64,000 bases of DNA. Source: Marsupella aquatica. Its lineage: Eukaryota > Plantae > Marchantiophyta. Shown piece after piece: positions 1 to 14,072 of this stretch. The stretch's first letter is position 1. Each line of letters opens with the position of its first letter. The DNA lies in contig OZ316898.1 in the NCBI GenBank assembly GCA_973895155.1, positions 4,823,079 through 4,887,078 of the forward strand. The letters run 5' to 3'. The notes beneath the pieces were generated by a model that did no database searches, had not been told where the DNA came from, and saw nothing but the letters and a program-made list of their open reading frames with translations. A program made the translations under genes and the position numbers.

Positions 1-3000
1 TCTTCAGGGGAAGAGAGTGGCAGTGCAGATGGAAGGTGGGGTGACAGGCAGAGCAAAGCAAACGGTAATGTCGAAGCACAAAGAAAGGAACCTTTAGAAA
101 GGGGCGAGTCGTGGGGGAGTAGCTTAGAAGTGGGAGATGTTGCAGCAACGAATAGAAACGGGTTTGGGGAATCTCCCCCTGATGCCTCAATTGCAGCATC
201 CGTGACACTCACAGGAAAAAATGATATACATGATTAATTCATTCAAAAAATGGCCTTGACCGTCACGAATTGGCTAGGGTTCGTCCAGAACCCCTCTCTG
301 ATTTATTCTTCAACATCGATGACTAGAGAGCTTCTTACGCTATCTTATGAATACAATTCGCAAGCTAGCAAGGGACTGTTAAACCACAACTTCCCCTATA
401 AAGGTAAGGGCTACCCGTAACCAGTACCTCTTACCTGTGGCTCTCATTGTAAAGTGAAAAACTGTAGCTCTCATTGTAAAGTGAACAGGTTCTGGAATGG
501 GTTTCGAGCTCCACAAAAGGTGGTGAGTGCAAAACTTTTTATTGGTAAGCGCTCCACAAAAGGCCCGCAGCCTCATTGTGAAGTTTTTCAGGTTCAAGAA
601 TGGGTTTTGAGCTCCACAAAAGTTGGTGAGTGCAAAACCTTTTTTGCAAGTGCTCCACGAACAGTGCAGAGTGTTCCACCGTTTATGGTGAGTAGTGCGA
701 CATGGCATGGGGCTTTTATGGTGGCGGTTGTGGTTTATAGGGGTTCCAAAGTCTTAATCGCCGTTCTTCATGTACTCATGTGGAGAAAACCTTGATTTCA
801 TAGTTTGGGTGGATCTATGTGTTCTGGTCCCATTAGCTCATTGTGGATATCCTATAGTAGAACTGGCCCAATGTCAGTGATAAGTGATGAGTGAAAGTGT
901 TGTGGAGTGGATCACAAGTGAGACGGCCAGGCAGTGGGAGTGGACATTAGTGGCAACTGATTTTCAAGAAGTACACCAGCTGCAGGGAGGGCAACGGTTT
1001 GGGCGTGGAAAAGGGACACAGTTGCACCTTTAGGTCATGGTTACTACAAAATGTCATCATAATCTAATGGTTAGCGAGGCGAGGCTTCCATACACAATGA
1101 ATGTGAAAGAATGAGCTTGCAAAGTCTAGTTAGATAAATCAGGTCTTCCTCCAAGCCGGTGAAGGTCCGGCCACCTACAGTGTGGAACCTGTCTTGGGTT
1201 GACACCTAAAGATCCTCGTGAACCTTTCCCCCCTGAGCTTGACTACTTACTACCTGATGAACTTATGACATTGCCGCCTGGCTACCTTGTCACCCAGGTA
1301 TGAGGGCCAAGCCACTGCCGACTATAAGGAAAGGTTTCGTAGAGAAATTGTAAGGTTGCTTGAGGACAAAACGACATGGCCTGTCTAGGTGTAAACAGAA
1401 ACGATCGCAAATTTGATGATTAATCTGATTCGAATTGAGTAGGCAAGCTAATATGGGAGGAATTGGTGGCAATCCTGGAACGGAGTACTGTGCACTGTAC
1501 TTGAAGGAAATGCGATTAATCAAAGGCATCGGAGAACATCTGTGTAATCTTGCATCCCAAATGTGGACCTTCCATTTAGTTTGCTTAATAAAACAATTTA
1601 TGTCAAAATATCCATGGCTGATGACTATCATGATGTGTTAACTCGAAAGCATCTCAATTTTCGTTTCAAGTTCTGTAAACAAACATTGCTGGACGGACCA
1701 CATGGATTATTATTACTTTGCACGTCTGGAGCTTGTCTGATCATCCTTGGCACACAGAGGAAAGCCAATTTTGTCATCTTTCAATTTCATCTCATGTCCT
1801 ACGACCACTTCGAGGTGTCAAACGTCATGCCGCTTTCAGATGCTTAGCAACAATTCATCGTTTTGACGGAGGGACAACCCAAATAAGGAGTGATTTTTTT
1901 TTCACTTGTAGACACTTCTACTGCTTTCGGTTACTGCCCCATCTAACTGTAGGCATGAGCGGTGTTTCGTGCACTAGATTTGCGGTGAAACCTTGACCTG
2001 ACTTAATTGCAGATAACAAAAGAAGTTACTGACGTTCAATTGCTCTGTACCTAGGTTGTAGACTAAACCGTCTTAAAAACTTCTGATAACAAACTTCCTT
2101 GCTTGCAAGCTCCGAAATAACAAGTACGAAGGCTAAGTGAGTCCTGTCTTTGCGGGACCATGAGAGCCAAGCATCGACGATACATGTAACACTAAAAAGC
2201 GGATAAGTGCGTCCAGGTTAGGTTAATTTAGTTCATGGTGCTAATTGACATTGAAGAAGCTTCAGATCTATATGCAGAAAGCGCAACGTCAAAAATGTCT
2301 CAGAGAAATTTGTATATATACAGAGTAGATGGACTCAAAAGTACAATCAAGTGTCTTCACAACTTGCAACTTGCAACTCGTCTAATATTGTATAGATCAA
2401 TCCAGCACAGTGAAACAAAGGCCAGGCAGGACAGGGTCCCAATGAAGGACTTCAACTAGTGATGAGATGAGTTTATCTATAATCACAGACAAACCTTGCA
2501 CAGCCAGCTTCCGGTCAAAGTCAAAAGAGACACCTTCCGTGCTTTTCCTGCTGGATTTGTGAAGTGAGGCCACGATGCAATCAAATACGTTTCTTGTAAC
2601 TCGCAAGCTAGTACAGAAAGCAGATGGCAATGAGCCATCTGACTCAAGTTGAAAACACTGCATTTGGTCAGGACTGCAAAGGCTTTGATGATTAATCAAT
2701 ATATACTATCAAGGATGGTTATTCTTGACTGTCAGTTGTGTTCTTTTGAACATCTGGAAAGATAACAAGGAAACAGAGAGAGCGAGGGAAAATCTACAAC
2801 TAATCTCACAATGTCATTGATAAAACAAGTACGAGGGCTGCTAAGACTATTCCAGCGGATTCTGGATCGCAATTAGACTGTACTAGTGCCTGCACAAATA
2901 CTCTACAGCTTCAATGGGTGGGAAGAAAGAAGCCACATGAAGTCAAGACAAGAGTCGAAAGGAACGGTGACAGAGACCTAAGCCCCTCTTGTCACAGGTC

Positions 3001-3348
3001 TTCCAAAAAGGCCTCACCCGCCTCACCCAGCTATTCTTTCTGCATATCAAGGCCTTTCTCTTTGTTCATTTGAGCACTTGCCACCAAAGTGACCAGGCTT
3101 AGACATGAAGGTAATCAGCGAGGTGGACACTTCAGGCCAGCTGGGTGGAACTGGATTGGCATAATATCCTCACATCTACAATGTGGATTACAACACATGC
3201 CGTAGGATGGATAATGAACACGGTCACTGAGACTTCATTGCTGCAATGTCCCGAACAGTCCACACCAGTAATGATACAACCTTACCATGGGCCAACGTTG
3301 AGCGACTTGACACAACTGAATGATGTTGCCAAGCAGACGGAAGCTCTC

Positions 3349-5823
3349 TTATAGAGCCATCTCTGCTTGGAGAGCTGCAAGCTCATCATCCTCGGTATTG
3401 GCGGGCTGCCTCTGGGGAGGTGTCGGGGTAGGACGAGTATGAGTGGGAACAGGAGGTAAAGGAGTGGATGGAGTGGTGGCCGGCCGCAGAAGTTCTTCCT
3501 CGAGTTCGGCCCCTTCAAGTTCCTCCAATTCAGCCTCCAGCTCATCCTGTGTAGCGAAACATGTAACGAGTGAGCATTGACCAAACGTCTCCTGACAAAA
3601 ATCGACATTTAATTCACTACTTCTTTGGGATACGTGACTATCGTTGACAAACCATATAATACTTTTAGTAAAAGCAAACGAGAACGAATAGAACATTACA
3701 TCATCAAAGTCAGCCGCTGCGCCAATAGGTGTGGACAGAGCTTCTTGGATTTGCTTCATATTCTCTGTCTGCTCGTTGATTTCATCCATAGTCTTATCCA
3801 CATCGTCAATATTTCTGCAGACGAAAAGAATTGAAAGGGGTCCTGGTTAGAAAAACTCAATAGGAATGACTTGCATACAGAAAAATAGACAAAGGCGTCG
3901 TTCTTTCATTAGAGTACTCAAGGTAGCCGGCTGCCAACAGCCTCGGCGGAATTTTCCAGTTTGGAGTTTGAACACATACGTTGCCTTTTGCATAGCTTTC
4001 ATTGCTGTCGCACCACTTCGTAAGGCGTCCACAGTTTCAGTGGTGGCCTTGGCCCCTTCCAACATGATCATCTGCATTAATTTCACAATTCCACCAAGAA
4101 TAAGAGTCACCTACAAAATCACCATCAATAACAAATGAGAAAGGAAAGGTTCACGAAAATCACCCCAGGAAGAGAAAAATATTATCTAGTGCCATTTCAA
4201 TCATCAGCCCTCAAAGAACCTCAACGATTGACAAGGTACACCCGCTAAAAGATACAAATGGCAAACCTTTCTTACCTGGTCATGAATACGAAGCTGGAAG
4301 TTACCCAGTTGCTCCACCTGGACTTCATATAGCTTTTTTTTCTTCAAGCACTGAATTGCAGCTGGATGTCCAAGGCAACCAAACCCTAATCGTTACTTGA
4401 GACCTACTTAACCAAAAACTGAGACCCAAGTCGAGCTCCAGCTCGTACATCACCTCCCATATTCTTACTTAAACTTTGCAGCAATAACGCAAGAAAATAA
4501 TTTTCTACAAAGCACCAGATAATCCTCGATATAACTGCAACAATTAAAGTAAAAATGTCCAACCATTCAGCAGACTTTCGCAGTGTGCCAGTAAAATAAC
4601 CAAGCGAATTCTACGTGAATTCTTTTGCGAGTCTTTGGAACTTTGTGATCCATGAATCAGAATGACAGTTCTAATAGCCAAGACAGTTGCTTGTGAGCAT
4701 GTGATAGGAACGCACCTCGCTTATTCTTAGCTCGGGTGTAATCCCTGGCCTTTTCTATCTCAGTTGCAATCTTCTTCTGGAGCACCTTTTCTTTCTTTTC
4801 AAGCATCTCAAGGGTCTGCATGCAAGAAATTGTGCATTAGAAACTATCCTGCTTTAGCTATACTCCACTCCTCAGTCATGCTTTTCACCTGTCATTTCCG
4901 ACATGCTTCCACAGGGTCCCCGTCCAAAACCAAGCGGAATCATCCTCTTTAAAGATACTCATGGCCGCAATCCATAATCGTTCGGCCCCCCATCCTCTCG
5001 ATCTATATGTTTTCCGATAAAACAGCCTCCCGATGGTGTGAATTCTGTTAGCCCCTCAGGAAATGAACATGAGCGCGAAAAAAAACTCCCGTTGAAACAT
5101 AGAACGGACTTTGAATGACCCAATCACTTTTGCACTCTTAGCAGAGCTTCCGCGGCAATGTGACAAACAGACGCTCTTCGTGACGACGATCGAGAAGAAA
5201 TTTGAGTGCTGCCTGAATCTTCAATCCCACCCTTCCCAGATTCACACCCATCTCGGCAGACCCCTAGAAAGTTGATCCCTAGAAAGCGAAGATAGCTTCG
5301 GAGCAGGCCTAGGAGACATCATGACATCTCCGGCGAGCAACCGCCAGGCCCTCGGATTTTTGCATCAAAATAAAGTAAAATTCGTTGCTCCAAAGCCAAA
5401 TTCACAATTCCGGGGGGAGACGAATTTGGCCAATCGGAAACACTGGGGAAGATTATAACAAGGTTGAAAGGATTGTCCTTAAAGGCCCAATTTAACAATA
5501 CAATCTGATCAATGATACATAAGATTTGACCCGTCACGAGATCGGGAAAAGGGTCGGCAAACGTTCAAACACCAACCTTCTAAATCTGTTGGAAGGTCAA
5601 CAAACTATCGACGCTGAGGCAGAATAGAAGGAACTCACCACGCAAAACTTTAAGGGCAAACAAGGTCGGTCGAAGCTCAACGGCACCAAATCGACAAACC
5701 AGTCAATCGCAACAACGACCGAATCAAAGTCAGTCAGTAGTTGCTGCTCACCTCATTGAGTTTATCTAACGTGGAAAGAGTCGAAGGTTCCTCCCTCGGT
5801 CTACCAAAAATGCGGCTAAACAT
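3349..5823 (-). CDS. VPS32: ESCRT-III core subunit SNF7/VPS32 (CHMP4 family), 6 exons, 220 aa
   Basis: Exons read by hand with GT..AG boundaries: 5823-5752, 4815-4716, 4361-4276, 4071-3980, 3814-3700, 3546-3349 (stop TAA). Total 663 nt, in frame. Translation MFSRIFGRPREEPSTLSTLDKLNE/TLEMLEKKEKVLQKKI...KNKR/AAIQCLKKKKLYEVQVEQLGNFQLRIHDQ/MIMLEGAKATTETVDALRSGA...DDVDKTMDEINEQTENMKQIQEALSTPIG...DELEAELEELE...DDELAALQAEMAL is the typical plant SNF7 sequence. Confidence 0.96.
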
Positions 5824-6490
5824 CTTGCCCTTCCCTCTCTCCGTCTGTCTGCTCCCACTTCCTTCCGCTCTGTCTTCTAAAACCTGGATCCACCAAGCAC
5901 AATCGCTCGAAACCTAGTGCAGATCAACGCAAACAAGCCCTTTCCCACGACCGGCCCGACAACCGTCCCAATCCGCTCCAAATTCTCCTCCTCGTCCTCC
6001 TCGTCCTCCTCCTGCTCCTGCTCCTCGTCGTTCTCTTCCTTCCTCTTTCATCCACCCTCCGCTACCGTGTGCCTCCCTACCTACGCTCCAGCGTGACCGC
6101 TTTCCCAATTCAAAAAATCCGCCACGCGCAATGAGCATGCCCCCGAATCTGCTCGTCCTCCTCTTCGTCCTACAGCAGTGGCCACCGACTGACTTACCTC
6201 CGCAGAGAAGAAACGGGACGAAGACTTCCGCCGAAAGAATCACAGGAGGCACAGCGCGGCCAGCAGAGATCGATGAGATGGCGGAAGACGGAGGAGATGA
6301 TGTGGAGCAGCACGAAAGTGCAAAGCGACGAGGAATGTGAGACACGGAGAGAGCCCACTACTCGACTGTTGCACATCTGATGATGTTGTCGACCCAAAGC
6401 AAAGGAAGGGTCGACGAAAAAGCGTCCAAAAGGAAAGAAGAAAATGGAATTGCAGCGAAATGAAAGCGTTGAAACGAAGCAAACCCTAAG

Positions 6491-6545
6491 AGCACTGTAA
6501 TCGCATGTCATTCGCGTAACAGCACTGTAATCGCATGTCATTCGC
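6491..6545. repeat. 25-bp direct duplication upstream of VPS32
   Basis: agcactgtaatcgcatgtcattcgc at 6491 and 6521. Confidence 0.85.
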
Positions 6546-8496
6546 ATAAGAGCACGCCACTGTAACGACCGACCTCTCCATACGAGAACGGCCCGGCCGC
6601 CCGCACCGCCTCGTTACAGTAGCAACGCAGTGCGCGCAGCCGTGTGCTGTGGACAGTTACTTATGTGACTCTGGTTACTTCACCCCGAAAATCTTATTAA
6701 AAAGTGGCTATGAGAAGCTGAAGTTGGGGTCTAGGGTCTAGAGTGAAAACTCTAGAAGGTGAATTCTAGAGCCCCACCAGAATGTATTTCCAAAATATGA
6801 TCTAATATGCTGATTTTTGCCATTGTGTCTATTAACTAACGTTCAAAAAATGGGCATACAGGCTCGTCTGCACTATAAGTTGTTATCTACATCACATACA
6901 TGACATATGCAGTAGACTGAAGCAATACGTCTTCATTTATCTGGTAACATTCTTTACAGATTTAGATCATGCTTGTGAATAAGGACAGACATGGGGAGCT
7001 TGTTCTGTGCATACCCACGTGTGTTTGGGCTAATTGAACAAACTTTGTAAGTTGCCATCCAAACTCATTTGAGCGCCTATCAAGTTTTCATTAAAATTAA
7101 TTGTCTACTGTGTCTCATGGATCCTCTCATTTCAACAGTGATAGTCACAAATTACTAGGTAAGTCGTTGCCTTTCAACCTAGGGGGCAACTTACTGGTTA
7201 AATTGGTTTTGGGGAGCAGTTGGAGATTTTGTGCAGATTTGGGGGCAATTTAATTAAAAAGTGTGTGTCAACTCAGACCCAATTTTGATCACCCTGAGTG
7301 TCTATAAAATGGATGTCTGAAATTGGAGCTCCCACAAACCAAAATGTATGAAAATTACTCTCATTTTCACTTTTGTACATTTACGGTAGAGAGGCAATGA
7401 GCATAGTTTCACAATGTCGCATGCAAATATGATATATTAGTATCTTAATAAAATTATATTCATATGTATGTCAGAGCGGGAAGCTTGGATGGACATAAAT
7501 GTTTGACTTACTGCCAAATGGACACAAATGTATCGCTCAAAATTCACACTTGTTTCCATAGATGACTATTTAGCATGCATTTGACAGGTACTAGAAGGCT
7601 TTAGTGGATTCCTCTAGTATTCTATCCATGTAGGAGCCTCCATTCTCATTCAACTGAGGGAGCTGGGTTCCTTTGGTTACCATGGTTACCATGTATATAA
7701 CCTATCACACCTCCATAATATCATGACATTGTAAGGTTCTGGGAGTATGGTGACACTATTAAGTTTCCAAGTAGCAATGTCAAACTTTTGTGTCCATCCA
7801 AACTTCCAAGTAATATATATTATGTGTGCAAATATGTGTGCAAATACAGAACACCGGGTGATATAACTGAAATAGGCTGCAGGCAATAAGAAGACTGTCC
7901 ATAGCTCACATTTCAGTCAAAAGTGTAAATGTTGCCATTGGAGTGAATTTCAACATTTTGAGCGATTCCATCCGGGCTTCACGAACAACGTCTTGGTCCA
8001 CGGGAGCCTTAGTTTCCCTCTATTGTATCCCCAAAAAATCATTTTGAATCTTTGAGCAATTTTTGGACAACACAAGGTTTGGACTTAAAGGATTTTCCTT
8101 AGTATAGAAAATCTTCCAAACCTTATGTTGAACTCAAAGGATTTTCCTTAGTATAAAAAATCACATTTTTTGGGTCTCAAGTTGCTAGGTCCATCCAAGA
8201 ATTGACGCGTCGAGTTCCATGTGACCCATCTCCTCCCTTCTCGACTCCTGTCTCGACACGCAGCGGGCAGGGTCAGGGTCAGGAACCAGGGCGGGCAGGG
8301 CAGGAGGGCCCGGAAGCCCGGAAGCAAGGAACAAAGGTCGGTCAGTCAATGGGAAGGCGGGGCGACCATTTCTTCCTCTCACGCTCTTTTGCTTCTGACT
8401 CGTCGCCCTCTACAGCAGTGTCCATTCCTACGTCCCTGTCTCGTCAGCTTGTGGCACTACTCAACTGACGGGAAGGCAGGCAGCCCGGGGAGACTC

Positions 8497-9070
8497 TCCT
8501 GGGGACAGGGCAGGCAGGTAGCCATGGCAGACATCGATTCAGCCAAAAGGGCAGCTCGGGCACAGATAGTTTTACGGACAGGGCAGGCCGGGCAGATATC
8601 GATGTAGGCACGGTCGAGATCGATTTATGGACGGGGCAGGCAGACGTCGAGTTGGGGACCGGGCAGACATCGATGTAGGGACGAGGTACATAGGGAAGTA
8701 CGGGCAGGAATAAATTTAGGTTCAGGGCAGGACGGGCAGACATTGATTTAGGGACAGGGCAGGCCGGTAGAGATCGATTTAGGGGCGGGATGGGTCCGGC
8801 AGACATCGAGTTGAAGAATAGGCAGGCCAGGCAGACATCGATTTAGGATAGGGTAGGAAGGGCAGACAACAATTTAGAGAAGGGGCAGGCCGGGCAAACA
8901 TCAATAATTTGCGGACGAGGCAAGCCGGGCAAACATCAATAATTTGCGGACGAGGCAAGCCGGGCAAACATCAATAATAATTTAGGGATGGGGCAGGCTG
9001 GGCAGACATCGACTTCGGACGGGGCAGGCCGTGTAGACATCGATTTAGGGACAGGGCAGGCGGGGCAGGG
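8497..9070 (+). repeat. G-rich degenerate tandem array, ~30-36 bp unit (consensus ~GGGACAGGGCAGGCCGGGCAGACATCGATTTA), ~15 copies
   Basis: Recurrent gggcagacatcgatttagg / ggggcaggccgggc. Exact 35-bp duplications at 8889-8978. Probably TE-derived. Confidence 0.8.
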
Positions 9071-10422
9071 ATCGAGCCAGCCGACCTTTTTGTCGCCCTG
9101 TTTCTTGTTCGTGTACACTGTACAGTATCTATCATCCCAAGCATGGGGTGGGGGTTGGCGAGCGGGCAGCACAGGCAGACCGCAGACACCGAGCATCTGG
9201 AGCCTGGAGGGGCCCGGAGGGCGGGCAGACATCGAGTTGGCGATTTACCCGCCCTTTGTGCGCCTTTCATCCGTTCAACAATCGCGGGTTTCGCGGTGGC
9301 ATGGGCGTTTTCAATTCTCAACACGCACTCACAGAGGCGAAACCTTGTGTTTGTTGCTGCTGACCTTCTTCTTCTACTCTTCTCCTCTTCTCTTCTCTCT
9401 CGCTCTCTCTCTCGCTCGCTCTTCGGAAGGTGCGCCACCAAGGTAGGGAGAAGGACGAGAGGAGGGTAAGGAATGCGAGCTCGAGCTGCTGCTGCAATCG
9501 AAAGACTACGAGCAAAATAATCAAAGGACGTCGTCGGACAGACAGATTGCTCGGACCGACTCTCACTGTACTTCTTCTTCGCACCGACCGACAATCCGAG
9601 ACCTGCGCCACCCCCGTCTTCGATTCTTTGGATTCTTTGGATTCTTTCGATTCTCTCTTCGGGGTGCCTGTCTTCGCGGATTGCTGCGGTGGTGAACAAA
9701 ATCCGCAGCCTCTTCCTCCCATTCCCGTCGTTCCATGGGCTGCACCCACATTTGTCTCGGACGAGGTGTTTGGTAGACCTTCTTCACTGATCCGAACGGA
9801 GGAGAAACAAGCAGCAGAGTGCGGAGGAGAGTGGACGAAACGCGGAGGGCGAAGAAGGTCAGATTTTGCGGATTGGCAATTGGGCGAAGCTTTGAGGAGG
9901 GATGGCTTCGTGGAGATAGATAAGCTGTCGCAGGGCAGAGTAGGGCAAAAGTTGCGCAGGCAGGGGGAGTGTCCGAGGTGTGCTGGGCACCGGGGCTATT
10001 TTTTGCAAACTGAGAAAGGAAGCGGAGGGACTGAGAAAATTCGCACCGTGGCCACTGCTCTCAACGCCGGACGGTGATGTAAGACGCTCATAGTAAGTGT
10101 GGCTCGTCATCCATTCGTAACTACTATCATCTGGGTGTCTGCTCAGTTTTAAAGACATTTTCTCAGTGTCGATGGAGGATGGATTTTGAATGCAAGGACT
10201 CGGGCAATTGGCTTGTATTTTGTGTGTGGAGGGGAGGGGAGGGGAGGGGAGAGTCTCAAGAGAAACTGAGAAACTGATGACTCCGGCGATGGGGTTTGAG
10301 TGCGTCTTCCCATTCAGCAAGGAGGGATTGTCAGCGAGCATTTAGTTCGTCAGCCTGTGACCTTCAGACAGCTGATCTTGGACACGGTGGTGATTGCTTT
10401 GGGGTTTCGTGGCGCAGGAAAA

Positions 10423-13202
10423 ATGCAGGAAAGGCAAGAGAAATCTTTCACTAATGGCACAAAGACTCTCGTGAAGAAGGAGGGCGTGTCATCCGTGAAG
10501 TCTAATGGGGCGGTGAAGAGGGAATCCGACTCGCATGGGCACAAGAAGGTACTTAAGCGATTACCCTAAAGGTTTTTCGGTTCTCTGTCTCTTCTGTTCC
10601 TTCTTTGTCGTCGAAGTTGCACGTCTTCAAATCAGAAAACTTCGACCACACAATGTTCGTTGAGGTAACGGTCAAGGGGAGGCTGAGGTTTTAGCCAACT
10701 AATGGAATGTTTAGCCGTTCTCTCTTTCATAGCAGAGGGTGAGAACAATAAGTGCGAATGTGGCCTGACGATCGTCGCCTGCAATTGTCCGTCCACTGGT
10801 TCCCCTTGTCTCCTGTGTCGTTGGGCGCAAGAGATTGGTATCCTTACTCGTCATGCAAATTTTGGAAATCAGCGTTTAGGGTTTGCGTAGGGTATCGACT
10901 CCCGGACAAATTTGGGTAGAGTTCTTGCCATTATGGTGGTCAAGAGGGTAATTATTCCTCACGGAGCAAAATTATTCAGACCTTATTGGCACGGTTTCTT
11001 AATTTTTGCAAACGAACGAAATCCACCTGGAACAGATTGTAGGGGCCGTTTGGTGAGTTGATTCTCAGAATGTGGAAGTAGTCCCGCTGTTCAAACCTAG
11101 CTTAGGGTTCCTGTCTTCTTGTCTTCGAGTGCAGGACCTGCCAGGGAAGTCTTCAGCAAATGGATACAAAACTGTCGTGAAGAAGGACCCTGCTACCTCC
11201 ACAAAACCCAATGGGACGTTCACGAAAAGAGAGCTGGAAAATAGCGCAGAAAAGAAGGTGACGATCTTCTGCGTAGTCGCATCAGTTCATTTCTGAATTG
11301 TCTTACGTTTAATCCGCATTGCTGCCAACAATCACGTAAAGAACTTTGGGTTGTGACGACGACACTGTAATGAAGGGAAATAGTAGTCGAGGTTCTTTCC
11401 GTAAGGGTCTCTGTGACAGAAGGTCACATGTTAAGCCTTTTGACTTTTGCTGCTTTCTGACTGTTTGTTGACTATTACGTTAATATTCTGTTCGTAGGAA
11501 TTTTCTAAAATTTCTTGTGAAACAGCGAGACAATTAAATTCATTACGGTAGCCTTGGCTTTTGAACGCTACAAGAAATCGCAGATTTACATGCTGAAGGT
11601 TTGGGGGCGACTGATTGCTGCGCAGATATTGGAGTGGAAGTAATTCATTTGACTTTCCTCGTTCCTAATAGTCCGCGTATCTTTTGTATCTTTGGTGCAG
11701 AAAGAAGCTTCATCAAGTGGCGTGAAAACAGTTGTGAAGAAAAGTGTCACCGTCAAGAAGGTTACCTCTGTGAAGACTCAAGAAACGAAGAAGAAAAAGA
11801 AGGTTTTCAGCTTGCCGGGACAGAAACATGAGACCCCAGAAGAGGTTGGTTCCGTCTACAACCCAACCCATTTCGGACCTACCTAGTACTTGCTTTGTAT
11901 GAGACAAGATGATTGAATCCATACAGTTTAGACAGATTAATGCATTTAAAGTGAGACCGTATGTTTCTGAAACAAGGACTTGTTGGTTTGCAGCGTGATC
12001 CTTTGAGGATTTTTTATGAGAGCCTTCATGAACAACTACCAGAGAGCGAGATGGCTGAAGTCTGGTATGTTAGCCAGAGATTATCGTCTTGTGCTCCCTT
12101 CAATGACACGTGCATTGATCTCCTGAAGAGCTCCTTGTTTCAATTAATGTTGAAGATAATTGATCAATGTCAGGATTCAATCTTCATAAATATTCCATTT
12201 CTCGTTGTGGTTTTTATGTGTCCTTGGACGTTGTGGGTGTTCCCATCTAGTTCAAGTGCTTGCAATAGTTCCCTGTTGAATCGCAATTGATCCATTTCGA
12301 AGTGTTATCTGAAAACCGCCATTCAAACACATGTTTTTCTCTAATTGTTGTCGTAGACTTCTTGTCGTCTGACCTCTAACTAGTATCCAGAGGTTTGGTC
12401 ATTTAGCTCCCAGTTCGTGTGATCGGGAGCTTAGCAAATAGAATACCCTCTTGGATATCTGGAGAATTTAGTCGACCTTAATCGTAGTTCAGAGTAGTCC
12501 CCAAGGAGGCAGATACGGTTGTACAGCTTTTGTGTCTTTGAATCGTCCGTCCCTTGTGTAGTGTAGAGTGTTTTCACTAGCAATATCTGGTAGATCGTCG
12601 ACCAGGGTGGCCAGAGAGATAATAGTCTGAAAAGTTATCTCCCTAACCTTGGCAGTTGTGTTCAACCTACGTGTCGATAAACTTTGCCGCAGTGCGGCAT
12701 TCACGACTAGTCTGTCGCGAGACCTGAAGTTTGTGTGTCGTAGGCCAACATGTCCAATCTACACGACGCTCTTGGTTTGGTTATATGGGCGATAAGTGGT
12801 GCTTTGTTTTCCAGGTGCTAGGTGCTAGTTGCTAGTTGCTGGTTTTGTTTGATTCATTCGGTTTTCTTTGATTGTACTAACCATAGCGTCTGATGCTTTA
12901 GGATGATGGAGCATGGATTGTTAGAAGCTGCGGATTCTAAAAAGGCTTTGGAGCGAAAGCAGAGGCGTGTCCATCATGAGAAGAACGGCACTCCAACGAA
13001 GTCGGCACCATCCAGGGATATCAGTAGCAAACCAGGAAGCAAATCTGTGTCAGGAATTAAATCAGTATCAGGAAGCAAAGCTTCTGTAGCAAACGGTAAA
13101 AGCAAGATTGTAACTGAGCAGAAAGGGAAAAGGAAGCGAGAGTACTCTAGCGATGATGACGATTTTATTGCAAAGCCTGTGAAAAGGAAGTCGAAATCAT
13201 AG
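10423..13202 (+). CDS. Conserved uncharacterised Lys-rich, probably nuclear, plant protein (LPGQKHETPEERDPLRIFYESL...SEMAEVWMMEHGLL core), 5 coding exons, ~254 aa
   Basis: Exons 10423-10548, 11135-11257, 11701-11844, 11994-12064, 12902-13202, all with GT..AG boundaries and frame-consistent (765 nt). The core motif resembles a conserved plant hypothetical protein family (recognised from memory, no search run). Basic NLS-like C-terminus (KRKRE...KRKSKS). The start codon is inferred just after the acceptor ggcgcag at 10417. A non-coding 5' UTR exon probably lies around 9340-10090. Confidence 0.85.
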
Positions 13203-14072
13203 TGATTTTTATTCATACGCAATGTTTGGACTGGATCTCATCTTACAGGAGACGACTATCTGAGGTTCTAGCAGTTCCTAGTCCGTCAGAAATTTATTAC
13301 TGGACCAGTACTGACTCATGTCAAGATGTCCAAGTTCCTGATTGCAGAGGTTTTGTCGAAGTCAAAACACTAGAGTCTGTTGGGGGGCCATTTGCTGTAA
13401 GATCATCAAGCATTTTTCTGGCTAGTCAGTCATTCCCTTACAAGTGTTTTGCCCTCTACCTTGAATATATTCCAACGGGAAGTTTGAGAGTCTGAAGTTG
13501 GTGCTACATTCACTAACTTAGCACACCAGAGTCTGCCGTTAGGGGTGCATGGGCTGACTAGTCACCTTCTCAAATCCCTTGGACAGATTCCCGCCTACTC
13601 CGAATGTTTTCAAGGGGATCAATGAAAATTGCTTTAATCTCCCTTCTTCGCCTCCTGTGTTCACATTCTTGATTTGATGTGTAATTGATGGTATTTGATG
13701 TCCAATTAAGTACTCTCTTTCACAGAAAAACAAGTTAAAGAATTCCTTTAATCGAAGTCAGCGCGCTTAGCAAATGAGAGTGCTCTCGACCAAAAAGCAC
13801 TATATTGAAAAGCACTAGGCATCGATAACAGATAGAAAACTTGATAATGTGCGTCAATTTTATTGTTGTCAATAAAATTTAGGTTGGTGGATGTGATTGT
13901 TAAGAGGATTCCAGCACTTCTATATATGCCTAATCACTCCCTCTGTTTGCCTCTACTATGGGTGTAATTCATGCACACAACCTTCAAACCAGGCATACCA
14001 TTTGTATTGGACAGATAATCTATAATCTATTCCAAATGACAATTGGTTTGAGCTCATGTTCAACATAGGCGG

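Noticed and set aside
1290-2900. Possible degraded LINE relic
   Set aside because: Only faint hints (a YLG-like word, a W-rich segment) and no continuous RT motifs. It cannot be supported without a translated search.
8497-9070. CRISPR-like array
   Set aside because: The units are degenerate and contiguous without unique spacers, there are no cas genes, and the context is eukaryotic.
8971-10341. ORFs of 215-242 aa (9430-10077 +, 8971-9699 -, 9859-10341 -)
   Set aside because: No recognisable domains. They overlap CT-rich, GC-rich leader sequence on both strands and are best explained as 5' UTR/intron of the downstream gene.
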